Positions 32,000-43,437 are shown, counted from the stretch's first letter. The stretch is DNA of 64,000 nt from a virus (IMGVR_UViG_3300035517_000383:32001-96000), one strand, 5' to 3'. The notes: generated by a model from the letters alone, not told the origin. Numbers and translations are program-made.

Positions 32000-34129
32000 A
32001 TGGTAGTTTTAAAGAAAAATGGAGCATTTGAATACGATGATACAAAAATTCAACACGCTATAATACAAGCATGGAATCAAATTGGTTATCCAGATTTTAA
32101 TAAGGTTAAGGACTTGGTTAATGAAGTTAATAGTTTAGTATTAAAGGAATCTAAGAATAATGAAATTGAAGTTGAAAAAATTGAAAATTTTGTTATGAGT
32201 ATTCTTTATAGGGAAGTCCCAGATGTAGCAAGAGAATATAGTGCTTATAAAATGGACAAGGAGAGAGCAATAAAGAATCCTACGGAAATTGAAAAGGTTC
32301 TTTTTTGTAATAATGAAGTTTCGCAAGAAAATGCCAATAAAAACAATGAACTTACTCATATTAAAAATGCATATCTCGCTGAAATTCCGAGTAGAGAGAT
32401 GATGGATAAACTCCTTCCACAAGAATGTATTGATGCTCACGAAAGAAAAATTGTTTATTTCCATGATTACTCCTATAGTGCGAGAGATAATTTTAATTGT
32501 GAACTACTTAATCTTGAGGAATTGTTTAAGGGTTGCGAAATTAATGGTACTTGGGTTGAAACACCAAAAAGCTTTCGTACAGCCTGCACAGTAGCTACAC
32601 AAATTCTTTGTCATGTATGCTCCAATACCTATGGCGGCACAACAATAAATTTATTACATTTAGCAAAATTTGTTGATGTTAGTCGAAAAAAGTTAAGAAA
32701 AAAATATAAAAAATACAATTTTTCACAAGATGTTTATAATCAACTTGTTGAGGATGAGTTAAAAAATGAAATAAAAGATGGAATGCAAACTTTTCAATAT
32801 CAATGTCAAACATTATGTTCTAGTGTTGGACAGGCAGTATTTTTAACTGTTTCTGTCTATTTAGGAGAAGCGGGAAAGTATATTGATGATTTGATTATGG
32901 TCTTTACTGAAATGCTAAAACAAAGAATTCAAGGATTAAAAGATTCAAGTGGGCATTATGTTAATCCTAATTTTCCCAAAATTCTATATGCTTTAGATGA
33001 AAATACAATGCGTGGTGGAAAATACTATAATGTAACAAGACTTTGTGCAGAATGTACTGCAAAAAGACTCGTACCAGATTATATGAGTGTTAAAAAGCAT
33101 ATAGAACTTAAAGGGGTTTATACTCCAAGCATGGGTTGTAGGGCACTTTTGTCCCCATATAAAAATAAAGACGGAAATTATGTAACATGGTCACGTTTTA
33201 ACTGTGGAGTTCAAACACTAAACTTGCCATATATTGCTATGGAAAATAATTTAAATCATTCGGAGGAGATTTTGTTTAAAAATTTGGAGCATTATTTACA
33301 AATTGCTTATAGAGATTTATTATGGAGAGTAAATCATGTAGCTAAAATAAAAGCTAAATCCTGTCCAGTTCTTTATGTTTATGGTGGTGTAGCAAGATTA
33401 AATCCAGAAGATGATTTATCGAGTTTGGTTTATGGTGGTTATGCTACAGTTACTATTGGTTATATTGGTCTATATGAAACTGTAAAGTATATCACAGGAG
33501 AAAATCATTGGGAGGGAAAGGGAAAAATTCTTGCTCACAAAATTCTCGATTTTATTAACGAACACAATGATAAGCTTGGAAAAGAGATAAATGTATCAAT
33601 TGCCTTATATGCTACTCCTTCTGAAACCTTAACAGATAAGGTTGCTAGAGCTTGCTTAAAAGATTTCGGGCAAATTGGAGATGGAACACAAAGAACTTAT
33701 CTTACTAACGGCTATCACGTTCCTGTATTTGAAAAGATTGATGCTTTTTCTAAATTAACTGAGGAAGCTCAATTTAGTGATAAAACTAGTGGAGGTTCTA
33801 TTAGTTATGTTGAATTACCTAATCTCTCTGGTAATATAGATACTGTCCTTGAAATAATTGAACATATAGGTAATACAAGTTTATATGCAGAATTAAATTC
33901 AGAAGTAAGTCAGTGCGAAAATCCAGAATGCGGATTTAGCGGTTATGATTTTAAGAAAATAATTACAAAAGATGGAATCTCTTGGCAATGTCCAAAGTGC
34001 GGTGAGACTGAACGTGTTAGAACATCATATCGTGTATGTGGTTATTTATCAAACTTAACTAAGTTAACTCGTGGAAGAAGTTATGATGTATTTGAAAGAA
34101 CAAAACACGTAAATTTAGAAGAAGATTGA
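32000..34129 (+). CDS. nrdD: anaerobic ribonucleoside-triphosphate reductase
   Basis: ATP cone, NC, MGCR, TPSE, TNGYH, Zn-binding Cys pairs, RVCGYL glycyl-radical loop. Confidence 0.95.
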   Translation: MVVLKKNGAFEYDDTKIQHAIIQAWNQIGYPDFNKVKDLVNEVNSLVLKESKNNEIEVEKIENFVMSILYREVPDVAREYSAYKMDKERAIKNPTEIEKVLFCNNEVSQENANKNNELTHIKNAYLAEIPSREMMDKLLPQECIDAHERKIVYFHDYSYSARDNFNCELLNLEELFKGCEINGTWVETPKSFRTACTVATQILCHVCSNTYGGTTINLLHLAKFVDVSRKKLRKKYKKYNFSQDVYNQLVEDELKNEIKDGMQTFQYQCQTLCSSVGQAVFLTVSVYLGEAGKYIDDLIMVFTEMLKQRIQGLKDSSGHYVNPNFPKILYALDENTMRGGKYYNVTRLCAECTAKRLVPDYMSVKKHIELKGVYTPSMGCRALLSPYKNKDGNYVTWSRFNCGVQTLNLPYIAMENNLNHSEEILFKNLEHYLQIAYRDLLWRVNHVAKIKAKSCPVLYVYGGVARLNPEDDLSSLVYGGYATVTIGYIGLYETVKYITGENHWEGKGKILAHKILDFINEHNDKLGKEINVSIALYATPSETLTDKVARACLKDFGQIGDGTQRTYLTNGYHVPVFEKIDAFSKLTEEAQFSDKTSGGSISYVELPNLSGNIDTVLEIIEHIGNTSLYAELNSEVSQCENPECGFSGYDFKKIITKDGISWQCPKCGETERVRTSYRVCGYLSNLTKLTRGRSYDVFERTKHVNLEED

Positions 34130-34256
34130 AGTTAAAGTTAAAACAGGATAAAAATAAAATAGAAAAATTATTTGTTTTTAAGTCAAGAGAAATCTTGACT
34201 TTTTCTTTTAATTGTGATATAATATTAATATAAGATAAAAGAAAGGAAGTTTCTGA

Positions 34257-34805
34257 ATGGTTGGAATTTATTCTTTTACAAATATAATTAATGGAAAAGT
34301 CTACATTGGTAAGTCAGTTGATATAATTCGTAGATATAACGAACATATGGATTTTAGTCGTTATGCAACTCAATATGAGGATGAATTTCATTTTTTATTA
34401 AATGAACATCCCGAAAATTTTATATTTCAAATACTCGAAATTTGCAATAAAGAAGAACTTAATGAAAAAGAGGCTTATTATATAAATTATTATAATTCAA
34501 TAGAAAGTGGCTATAATAAAATTAAGGCTTCTAACAATTTTTATGAGGATAGCTGTGCGGCCGTCCCATCAAAAAGAGAGATAATAAAAATGATAACAAA
34601 CTTACTTGAAAAACCTTTATTTAAAGAAGATAAAGAAAAGTTAGCGAGATTTTTTAATTATAAAGGTTCTAAAGGACAATTATTAAAATGGAGAACAATT
34701 AAACAGATTATTATTGATAAGGGTTTTGATGTTGTAGAATCTAAAAGATTTTTTAATGGAAAAACGGTTAATTGTTCTATTATCAGATTAAGATGGGATG
34801 AATAA
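34257..34805 (+). CDS. free-standing GIY-YIG endonuclease
   Basis: GIYSFTNIINGKVYIGKS..RRYNEH..E..GYN; has its own promoter. Confidence 0.8.
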   Translation: MVGIYSFTNIINGKVYIGKSVDIIRRYNEHMDFSRYATQYEDEFHFLLNEHPENFIFQILEICNKEELNEKEAYYINYYNSIESGYNKIKASNNFYEDSCAAVPSKREIIKMITNLLEKPLFKEDKEKLARFFNYKGSKGQLLKWRTIKQIIIDKGFDVVESKRFFNGKTVNCSIIRLRWDE

Positions 34806-34873
34806 TTATTTGATTTTTACTATAGTTTATGATATAATTTAATTTAATATAATAAAATAAGGAGGAAATTTAA

Positions 34874-35299
34874 ATGGAACAGCAGAAAAAGAAAGGTCCG
34901 AAGAAACCAGTTAAACGTGTTCGTAAGAATGTAATTAAGAATTTGGTAAAGGAAAATCAGCGAATTCATGATTATGATAGTCCATTTGGAGTAAAATTTT
35001 GGAATAAAATATTAAAGGATTCTAAATTTCTAGCAAAAAATCATAAGGTTTTTGATAAAAATTTACCAGCAATTATTGAACGAGATTATGAATATTATAA
35101 TCGTTGTTTGGAGACAGAAACCGACTCAAATAAAATCTATATTTTAAAAAGAAAAATCTATCAGCTTGAATATTTTCTTGATGATAGATGGAAAACACTT
35201 TTTGACGATGCGGCGCGACTTTACCCTGATAAAAGAGAAATTTTATGGGCAGAAAATCATGAAAATATTTATGAGAAAAAGAAAAACAAAGGTGAGTAA
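34874..35299 (+). CDS. hypothetical basic protein
   Basis: ORF with GGAGG RBS. Confidence 0.6.
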   Translation: MEQQKKKGPKKPVKRVRKNVIKNLVKENQRIHDYDSPFGVKFWNKILKDSKFLAKNHKVFDKNLPAIIERDYEYYNRCLETETDSNKIYILKRKIYQLEYFLDDRWKTLFDDAARLYPDKREILWAENHENIYEKKKNKGE

Positions 35300-35301
35300 A
35301 A

Positions 35302-35844
35302 ATGAATTATCAAAAAATTAATTATTTTGACACCGCTAATGCACGAGGTCTATCAACTGTTTTATGGGTCAGTGGCTGTGAACATTATTGTGAGGATTGC
35401 TTTAATAAGGAGACTTGGAGTTTTGATAGTGGAAAAGAATTAACACAAAATAAAATTCGAGAAATTATTGCTTCTTTGAAGAATCGTCATATTAATAATT
35501 TTGTACTTAGTGGTGGTGACCCCTTGCACCCAAAGAACATAAGTGATACAATAGAGTTATGTAAGAAAATCAGACAAGAGGTTGAGGATATTAATATAAT
35601 TATTTACACTGGATATACTGTGAATGAATTATGGAATAGGGGTGAATATATGACCCTGTTTTCAATTGTGGATATTTTAATTGATGGTAGATATGATAAA
35701 ACTAAGCCTACTAAGGGATTAGATTATCGAGGTAGTACTAACCAAAGAGCAATTCAGTTTAAAGTTGATAAGAATGGAAAAATAATTGGTTATTATGATA
35801 AAAGCGATTTTTATTTTAAAGAATCTCAATTCATTATATCTTAG
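35302..35844 (+). CDS. nrdG: anaerobic RNR activating enzyme (radical SAM)
   Basis: GCEHYCEDCFN, SGGDP, YTGY, DG.Y, RGSTNQ. The final codon is TAG, so the protein may extend 4 codons to TAA. Confidence 0.93.
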   Translation: MNYQKINYFDTANARGLSTVLWVSGCEHYCEDCFNKETWSFDSGKELTQNKIREIIASLKNRHINNFVLSGGDPLHPKNISDTIELCKKIRQEVEDINIIIYTGYTVNELWNRGEYMTLFSIVDILIDGRYDKTKPTKGLDYRGSTNQRAIQFKVDKNGKIIGYYDKSDFYFKESQFIIS

Positions 35845-35911
35845 TTTATAAATTAATACTTATTATTAGTTAATTATTTGACTTTTTTATAAAAATATGA
35901 TATACTATATA

Positions 35912-36482
35912 AGTAAGATAAAATTCTTATTTACGGTTAGTTTTACTAACTGATTACCTCTACGATATATTCGTAACTACAAGTGAATAGCTAAGTAAGA
36001 ACTGATACAACACTAATGGATTGTACCACTGTATGAACAGCAAATTTAAGACAAAATGTTTTAATTTTAAATTAAACTAAATTGCCTTAACGCAGTAATG
36101 ACGCTGTAAAAGATACTGCGATAACAAAAAGAAATAAAGGGACTGTTGGGATGATAGGCTCTTTATTTCCATGTCTTTATAGTTTAATAAGCTGAGCAGT
36201 AGAAATTTATTCGTTTAATAAATATCGTAATATTAATCGTCAAAAAGGTATCTTAAACCTTTGACAAACGTATTGTCATAAAAGTAGGGGTAGGGCTTAT
36301 TGTAAATAGAAGAAACTGATTTGTCTTATAGGAGAGAAGTATAGACAGCACTTAACTTAATATTCTTTTTCAGTTTCAAGCCATCTGTGGTTTAAAGTTA
36401 TATAGTGTAAAAGGAAGAACTCATTTCGTATCAGTGACGGAACAGTTTAAAGCAAAAGACCAGAATTAATTTTCTGGTCTTT
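35912..36482 (+). ncRNA. large structured ncRNA, ROOL-like candidate
   Basis: ~570 nt with no credible ORF, between a TTGACT-17-TATACT promoter (35878) and a terminator (36455-36482). Long-range pairings ACTGATAC/GTATCAGT, ACACTA/TAGTGT, GAAACTGA/TCAGTTTC. Family call is from recollection only. Confidence 0.6.
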
Positions 36483-36485
36483 ATT
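36455..36485 (+). terminator. intrinsic terminator ending the ncRNA
   Basis: AAAGACCAGAA-TTAATT-TTCTGGTCTTT followed by a T-rich tail. Confidence 0.7.
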
Positions 36486-36569
36486 TGTTTTCTCTTTCTT
36501 AGGGAAAAATCTATTTGAAATCGTTCGGGAACAGTTTAGTTTATAATATTTTTAAAGAGGTGAATTAAT

Positions 36570-37718
36570 ATTTTTATAAGTAATCAAAAATATTTTATTG
36601 ATAGAATAAACTCTCATGATGCAAATAAATTTGTAAGTATATACCACTATTCTCATAGCGGCTTTAAAGGTGCAAAATTAAACTTAGGAATTTATAATAT
36701 AAACACTAAAGAATTAGTTGGTGTTTAGCAATGGGGTCGTGCGGCTTAGTCTAAAATAAGACTTGACAGATATGTTAAAGAATCAATTAATATAGATGAA
36801 TATTATGAATTAAATAGATTTTGCATGGCTGATTCAGAAGAAAGAAATAGTGAAAGTCAAGCTATTTCTTTAGGTATAAAATGGATTAAGAAAAATTGTT
36901 AGAATATTAGATTATTAGTCTCTTATTCTGGCAGAAAAGAGGGAAATTATGGATATATTTATTAGGCTACTAATTGGGAGTATTTAGGTTATTTTTTATC
37001 TTCGGCTTTTTGGCGGCTTGACGGAGAAGAAAGACATTAGTTTACCGCTTGGTAGAGATATAAGTTACATGGAAACTAGAATTTAAGTTTTGTTGATGCA
37101 CTTTGTGAAATGTATCACGATGTCCGTTAGATTGAGAGTAAGCAATTTATTTATATAATAAGACTTGACAAAACTCTTACTCCCGCATCGACAGTACTTC
37201 CTTATCCCAAGTCAACAACTGAATATCCTATAGAAACAAACTGTATAATTTATTAGGAGGACAATAAATATTTGGAATATTCTTATAATTTAGAAAAGGA
37301 ACATTTTTATTATAAACCTTATCGAGAAAAAAGAAAAATAGATACAACTTGTTATAAATATGCTGTTTATGAATTAGATGGGACTTTAGAGGGAATTTTT
37401 GATAAACTAGGAGATATTAAAATTGATGGTTATACCTCAGATGGAATTCGTGCAGCCGCAAAAGAAAACAGAAAATACAAGAAAAAATATTTTTTGAGAG
37501 ATTTAGATGCTTCTAATTTTCCCTTACAGTTAGATATAACCCCAATATGCTGGATAGATGAAATTCCATTTTATACAAGACCTGATATTGTACAATATCT
37601 TCAAATTTCTAGACAAGCGGTACAGCAAGCTTGCGTACGTAAAAGTAAAATAATTGGTGGAAAGAATGTTATCTGGGGAGAGGAAAATAAAAATGAGCGA
37701 GTTTCGCACGAAAATTAA
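36570..37718 (+). CDS. mom: Mu Mom-like adenine-modification enzyme with C-terminal NUMOD/HTH-like extension (9 in-frame TAG; start probably ATT)
   Basis: HYS..LGIY..LVGV*QWG..YYELNRF..RNSESQAIS..VSYS..GYIY*ATNWEYLG..KQFIY..PYPK parallels Mu Mom; in frame with ORF 37272; GAGGTG RBS at 36557. Confidence 0.8.
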
Positions 37719-37887
37719 AGCTTATGATAAAGAGGGTAATCTTTATGATTGTGAAATGGTTATAAATAATTGTAAATTGTTTCATAATGAGATAGAACGA
37801 TGTGAAGAAGTCACATTTAACAAGGAAACATCAATACAGTTTATTATTGATAATGCTAAAGAATTATTAGAAAGTCAAGATAAATAA
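37693..37887 (+). CDS. hypothetical protein
   Basis: GAGG RBS before ATG 37693. Confidence 0.5.
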   Translation: MSEFRTKIKAYDKEGNLYDCEMVINNCKLFHNEIERCEEVTFNKETSIQFIIDNAKELLESQDK

Positions 37888-37949
37888 TCTTGACTTTTTC
37901 TTTAGTTTATGATATAATTGTTATAGAAAATAAAAAAGGAGGAAAGTGA

Positions 37950-39806
37950 ATGAGTTATAATGCAAATGATTTAAAAACTCTCTCTGCTGGCGCGGCCTAT
38001 AGAGAAAAATTGGGTATGTATCTTTCAGCAGATTTACAAGAGGCTATTGATTTAGGACTACGAGAGCTTCTTTATAATGCTCAAGATGAATATGAAGCTA
38101 CTCATAAAGATGGAAGTCAAGTATCTATTACAATAGATACTAAAACTAATAAAATTATTGTAGAAGATAATTTAAGAGGTATTCCGTGTTCAATCAGAGA
38201 TGATGGAATTAATTCCCTTACTGCTGCCTGTTTACTACCTCATTCTGGTGCAAAGCATAAGGGTGAAAATGCTTATAAACAGGCGGTAGGTGTCAACGGG
38301 CAAGGAATGAAAATTGTCTGTCATACTTCTAGCTTTTTTGAAATTGAAGTAAAAAGAGATGGAAATATTTACTACCAATCTTTTCATGAAACAGACGAAG
38401 GTGCTGTCCCCAATGATGATGTAAAAATTATAGGAAGCACTTCTTTAACTGGAACAAAAATTACTTATATTCCATCTCCCACTGTATACGGAAAAGATAC
38501 TAAAATTGATATTGACCAACTTAAAAAGAATTTAACGGACTTATCTTATTTTACAAAAGGATTCAAAATCATTTTAGTTGTAGATGGAATTAAAACTGAA
38601 TTTTATTCAGAAAATGGACTTTTGGACGGTCTAGATTCTACACTAAGATACCATAAGAATGCTTTATATTTTCAAAAGGATTACAATGATTGTAGTGTGG
38701 AAATAGCAATTCAATGGAATAAAAAGCATGGGGAAATTAAACCTTATGCAAATAATTTGTATGTAAGAGATGGTGGCGCATTTATTGTAGGTTTTAAAAG
38801 GTCATTAACAACCACGTTTAATAGACTAGCTAATAAAAATTTTTCAGGAGACTTAATTAGAAAAACATTAGAAGGATATGTTAGTGTAAAAGTTTCTGAT
38901 GTTCAATTTTCAAATCAGGCTAAAACTGCTTTAGCTAATAAAGAAGCTCAAACTGCAACTTCTGCAGCAACTAAAGAAGCTTTAGAAACTTTTGCAAATA
39001 TTTTTAGAGATGATTTTTTTGCAATTGTCGAGGTACTATCAAAAGAAGAAAAAGCTGATAAGGCCGCGGAGAAAGCAAGAGAAAATGCACTAAAACGAGA
39101 TAATGAAATTAATAAAGAACTAAAGAAAAAAACAATTTTAGCGGGGAAACTTGCTGATTGTAGATACCATGATGAGAAATCTCAATTGATTATAGTAGAA
39201 GGCTTGTCAGCATTAGGCAGTATAATAAAATCAAGAAATAGTGATTATACAGCCGCTTTTCCATTGACAGGTAAAATTCTCAATGTACTAAAAAGTACAG
39301 AAGATGAACAAATTTCAAACGAAGTATTAAAAAATCTCCATACTGCTATTGGAGCTGGTTTTGGTTGTAATTTTAATATGAAAAAGATGAGATATGGAAG
39401 AATCGTTTTTGTGTGTGATGCAGATGAAGATGGATATTCTATTATGTGTTTGCTTTTGGCTTTTATGTATAAATATTATCCAGAATTGTTAAGACAGAAA
39501 AAGGTCTATTGGGGACAGACACCATTGTTTAAGGTTACAACAAAACAAGATAAAGTTTATTATGCATATACAGAAAAAGAACTCGAATCATTACCAGATG
39601 GTGATATTTTAAGAGCAAAAGGAATTGGAGAACTTGAACCAGAAGATTTTAAAAATACTCTTTTTTCAAAAGAAGGTAGATATATTCCTTTTAGTTTTGA
39701 AGATGCAGAAAAAGCAAATTATTATTTTGATGTATTACTTGGAGAGAATATTAAAGAACGTAAGGAATACATTAGTAAAAATGCAGATTTTGACGCTTTT
39801 GATTAA
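37950..39806 (+). CDS. gyrB: type IIA topoisomerase subunit B (GyrB/ParE-like)
   Basis: ELLYNAQDE, DNLRGIP, HSGAK, GVNGQG, GKLADC, VEGLSA, PLTGKILN, DADEDG, KGIGE. Confidence 0.9.
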   Translation: MSYNANDLKTLSAGAAYREKLGMYLSADLQEAIDLGLRELLYNAQDEYEATHKDGSQVSITIDTKTNKIIVEDNLRGIPCSIRDDGINSLTAACLLPHSGAKHKGENAYKQAVGVNGQGMKIVCHTSSFFEIEVKRDGNIYYQSFHETDEGAVPNDDVKIIGSTSLTGTKITYIPSPTVYGKDTKIDIDQLKKNLTDLSYFTKGFKIILVVDGIKTEFYSENGLLDGLDSTLRYHKNALYFQKDYNDCSVEIAIQWNKKHGEIKPYANNLYVRDGGAFIVGFKRSLTTTFNRLANKNFSGDLIRKTLEGYVSVKVSDVQFSNQAKTALANKEAQTATSAATKEALETFANIFRDDFFAIVEVLSKEEKADKAAEKARENALKRDNEINKELKKKTILAGKLADCRYHDEKSQLIIVEGLSALGSIIKSRNSDYTAAFPLTGKILNVLKSTEDEQISNEVLKNLHTAIGAGFGCNFNMKKMRYGRIVFVCDADEDGYSIMCLLLAFMYKYYPELLRQKKVYWGQTPLFKVTTKQDKVYYAYTEKELESLPDGDILRAKGIGELEPEDFKNTLFSKEGRYIPFSFEDAEKANYYFDVLLGENIKERKEYISKNADFDAFD

Positions 39807-39865
39807 TATTGACTTTTTCTTAGAAATATGATATAATATATGTGTAATAAAAAAGGAGTGATTAT

Positions 39866-42492
39866 ATGAGAGAAATTGTTACTGATGGAGAATTAGAAGT
39901 ATCTGATGCACTTCCAAATTTTTACGTTCCTTATGCATCATATGTAATTCAAACAAGAGCATTACCTGATGCGAGGGATGGCTTAAAAACAGGGGCGCGC
40001 TTTATTTTGTATGCTCAATACAAAAATAAAAATACTTTTAAAAACAAGAGAAGAAAAGCCACAGCTACAAAATCGGCAGCAATGATGTTCAGCCCACATG
40101 GTAAATAATATTGCCTGTTATACCTTTTCTCAGTAATGAGGGTGTAAAAGCTAACGGGGAAAGCTAAGGGTTTCTATGCTAATCCCGTGGGAATTAATTT
40201 ACTTCTTTTAAAGAAATAAATTAAAACCTGTACAGACTATCCTTGGAACGAAGGAGTAAGAGAACTATTTTCTCTGAAATGGGTATTTCTATTTTATAGA
40301 TAAGATATAGTCGATACCTACAGAAATGTGGGAATAATATGGATGCGAGTATTTATGGAAACGCAGTAAGAATGAGTCAAGATTTTTCCTTACGCTACCC
40401 TTTAATTGATACTCACGGTAATAATGGTAGCTTAATGCATAATAACGACTTTGCGGCCGATAGGTATTTGGAAATGCGAAGTGGTGAGATTGCAGATGAA
40501 ATGACTAATTTACTGCAAAAAGAAACTATTGATAAATGGAAACTTAATTATACAGAGGAAGAAGAATATCCAACTTATTTTCCAACAACATTCCCAAATA
40601 GTTTAGTAAATGGAAATTTTGGAATCGGAGTAAGTTTAGCTTCTTCTATCCCCTCTCATAATTTGAGTGAAGTTTCAGATGCTTTAATAAGACTATTAAA
40701 TAATCCTGAAATTGATTTTGATGAAATTTATTGTCCAATTGATTTTCCGACTGGAGGAACTATAATTAATTCCGAGGAAGTTAAAGAAAGTCATAAAATG
40801 GGAACTGGTAAGGCCGCCATTATTAGAGCGGATATCATATATGATGAAAATACCAATGAGTTAACAGCGATAAATTTACCATATATGGTATTTTCTTCTA
40901 ATGCGACAGTATCAATACAAAATGCAATAGACGAAGGAAAAATTTATGGTATTGAAAGCGTATTTGATGGAACAGATATGGATGGAGTAAAAATAGTCAT
41001 AAAATTATCAAAGAATGCTAATGTAAATAAGGTTGTTAAACTACTATATAAACATACTTTACTACAAAGTAGCTATGGAATAAATATGAATATGTTGGCA
41101 GATGGAAAATATCCGAAATGTTTTACTTGGAAAGAGATGATGGAAACATATTTGGAACATCTTTGTAATATACTTAAAAAATCATATGAATTTGATTTGA
41201 AGAAACTGAAACAAAGACTTCATATTGTAGATGGATTAATTATTGCTATTCAGAATATTGAAGAAGTAATTAAAATTATTAAATCATCTTCTTCGCCCTC
41301 TCTCGCAAAAACAAGATTACAAGAAAATTTTAATTTATCTGAGGAGCAAGGTCAAGCAATACTAAATTTAAAACTTTCAAGACTTGCTAATTTGGAATTA
41401 CAAAAATTAATTGATGAAAAAAATGAATTAAATAAGAATATTGAAAATATTAATCTTATTCTTACAGACGAAAACAAATTTAAAGAAATTGTTACAAGCG
41501 AAATTTTAAGAATTAAAAATAAATATGGAGATAAAAGAAAGACTAAATGTATAAATCTTGATTTTACTTCTGAAGATGAAGATGCAGAACCAATTGAGAA
41601 AAAAGAACTCTTAATTTACTATACAAATCTTGGCAACATTTATACACAGGAATCTACAACTCTTGTAAAAACTCGCCGCGGTGGCAAGGGTACAAAGATT
41701 AAACTTGCAAAAAATGAAGCTGTAATTAAGACTTTAAATGATGATAATTTTAGTTCTTTACTTGTATTTTCAAATCTTGGTAAGATGTACCATCTTTCAA
41801 TTGATGAATTACCTATAAATGGCAAGATTAATATTGCACAGCTTTTTGAGTTTGAAACAGGTGAAAAGCCTACAACTATAACCTCTCTCGCTCGAAAGAA
41901 CGAAATTAATTATTTTGTTTTTGTCACAAAGAACGGAATGATTAAAAAGACAGCAGCTTCTGAATATACAATTAAGCGTGGTAAATCCTTAAAAGCAATT
42001 AACCTTAAAGACGATGACCAAGTAGTTAATGTACTTTTTATGAATAATGAAAAAGTTAGTATCTTGACTAATAATGGAAATTGTGTTATAATAGAGACAG
42101 AAGAAATTAATCCGATTGGAAGAGCAACGGCAGGTGTAAAAGCAATAAAATTATCTCCAGATGATTATGTAATTGATGCTCAGACAGTATCCAACTCGGA
42201 TAAATATCTCATTACTATATCTGAACATGGTCTTATTAAAAAAGCAAGTTTGGATGAATTTCCTACTTGCGGCAGAGCAACAAAAGGCAAGAAGATTTCT
42301 GATACTCGTGAAAATGACCAGATAATTAAACATTTGACTTTAGCACAAGATTGTGATATAATAATTATAGTAAATCAAAAGAACATAAAAATTTCCACTT
42401 CGGAACTTAGAGTTCTTTCAAGAACCGCAACGGGCGTTAAAGCAGTAGACATTGCTGATACAGATGTTGTAGTTGATTTAATTGTAAGTTAG
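39866..42492 (+). CDS. gyrA: type IIA topoisomerase subunit A (GyrA/ParC-like), spliced 39866-40102 + 40342-42492
   Basis: RALPDARDGLK, SPHG|DASIY, AADRY catalytic Tyr, C-terminal pinwheel repeats with a GyrA-box-like TRRGGKG. Confidence 0.9.
40103..40341 (+). mobile_element. group I intron without ORF in gyrA
   Basis: Exon ends in U and intron ends in G; removal restores PHGDAS; R element CAGACTA and S element AAGATATAGTC form P7. Confidence 0.88.
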
Positions 42493-43053
42493 GAATAAGT
42501 CATTTATTTGACTTTTCCTTAGACTTATGATATAATAAAGGAGGAAATTAATGACATTAATTGATAAAATTAATATTATTAAAGAAAATAAAGAATCAGC
42601 AATTAAAGCGTTAAACGCTTATCTTGATTCTATTTATAATCTTACAGACCAATATTTTGATAATGAAAATAATCTCAAAGAGGGTTTAACCCATGACGAA
42701 AATCTTGAAAAATTTATAAAAGAAACTCGTCAAGATGCAGATAAGTTTGAAAAAGTTAGAAGAAAACTTATTGATAATGACTTTGATTTATCCGCTACTG
42801 AAATAGCAAGGGTAGGTTTGGCATATGTTTTTATTAGTACAAGTTGGGATAAGCAAATTACTAATCTCCAGAAAGCTAAGGAAGAAGTTACTAATATTAT
42901 TGAAAAGCTAATGAGTGGAGTTAAGGATTTAAAGACTTAAATAATTGACTTTCAATGAGAATTATGATATAATATTTATATAATAAAGGTTAAGAAAATT
43001 AAATTAAATTAAAAAGTTTATAACTTGACTTTATTAATAAAATATGATATAAT
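42064..43053 (+). promoter_or_regulatory. five tandem consensus sigma-A promoters (TTGACT-17-TATAAT with extended TG)
   Basis: -35 boxes at 42064, 42334, 42508, 42945 and 43025, each exactly 17 nt from TATAAT. Confidence 0.75.
42551..42940 (+). CDS. hypothetical protein
   Basis: GGAGG RBS; own promoter. Confidence 0.65.
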   Translation: MTLIDKINIIKENKESAIKALNAYLDSIYNLTDQYFDNENNLKEGLTHDENLEKFIKETRQDADKFEKVRRKLIDNDFDLSATEIARVGLAYVFISTSWDKQITNLQKAKEEVTNIIEKLMSGVKDLKT

Positions 43054-43158
43054 TAATATAGAAAATAAAACAAACGACATAAACGAAAAGTTTTGTAGTT
43101 GTGAGTTTTTATTTAATAAATAAATAATTTTAAAATTTTTAAAGGAGTGATTTTTATT

Positions 43159-43437
43159 ATGGCAACAAAGATGACAAAAAATAGTAGAGAAGTTTTTGAT
43201 TATTTGAAGGCAGCAGGTGCAGGTGTTAAGTTCACAACTAAGGATGTTCAGTCAGCTCTCGGTTTTGAAAAGGCAGGTTCAGTAACAGGTTCGGTAACAG
43301 GTCTTGTAAAGAAGGGTTATGCAGAAAGATTTACTGAGACAGTTGAAACTGAGGATGGCAAGGTAAAGGAAATTAAGTATTTTGCTCTTACAGAAGCAGG
43401 TGCTAATTTCGACCCCGATGCCGCAACAGAGGACTAA
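43159..43437 (+). CDS. small winged-helix DNA-binding protein
   Basis: T..SREVFDYLK..GSVTGLVKKG..KYFALTEAG wHTH pattern; GGAG RBS. Confidence 0.6.
   Translation: MATKMTKNSREVFDYLKAAGAGVKFTTKDVQSALGFEKAGSVTGSVTGLVKKGYAERFTETVETEDGKVKEIKYFALTEAGANFDPDAATED

Noticed and set aside
40339-42492. Naturally split gyrA (two genes)
   Set aside because: The gap has group I core elements and precise removal restores PHGDAS
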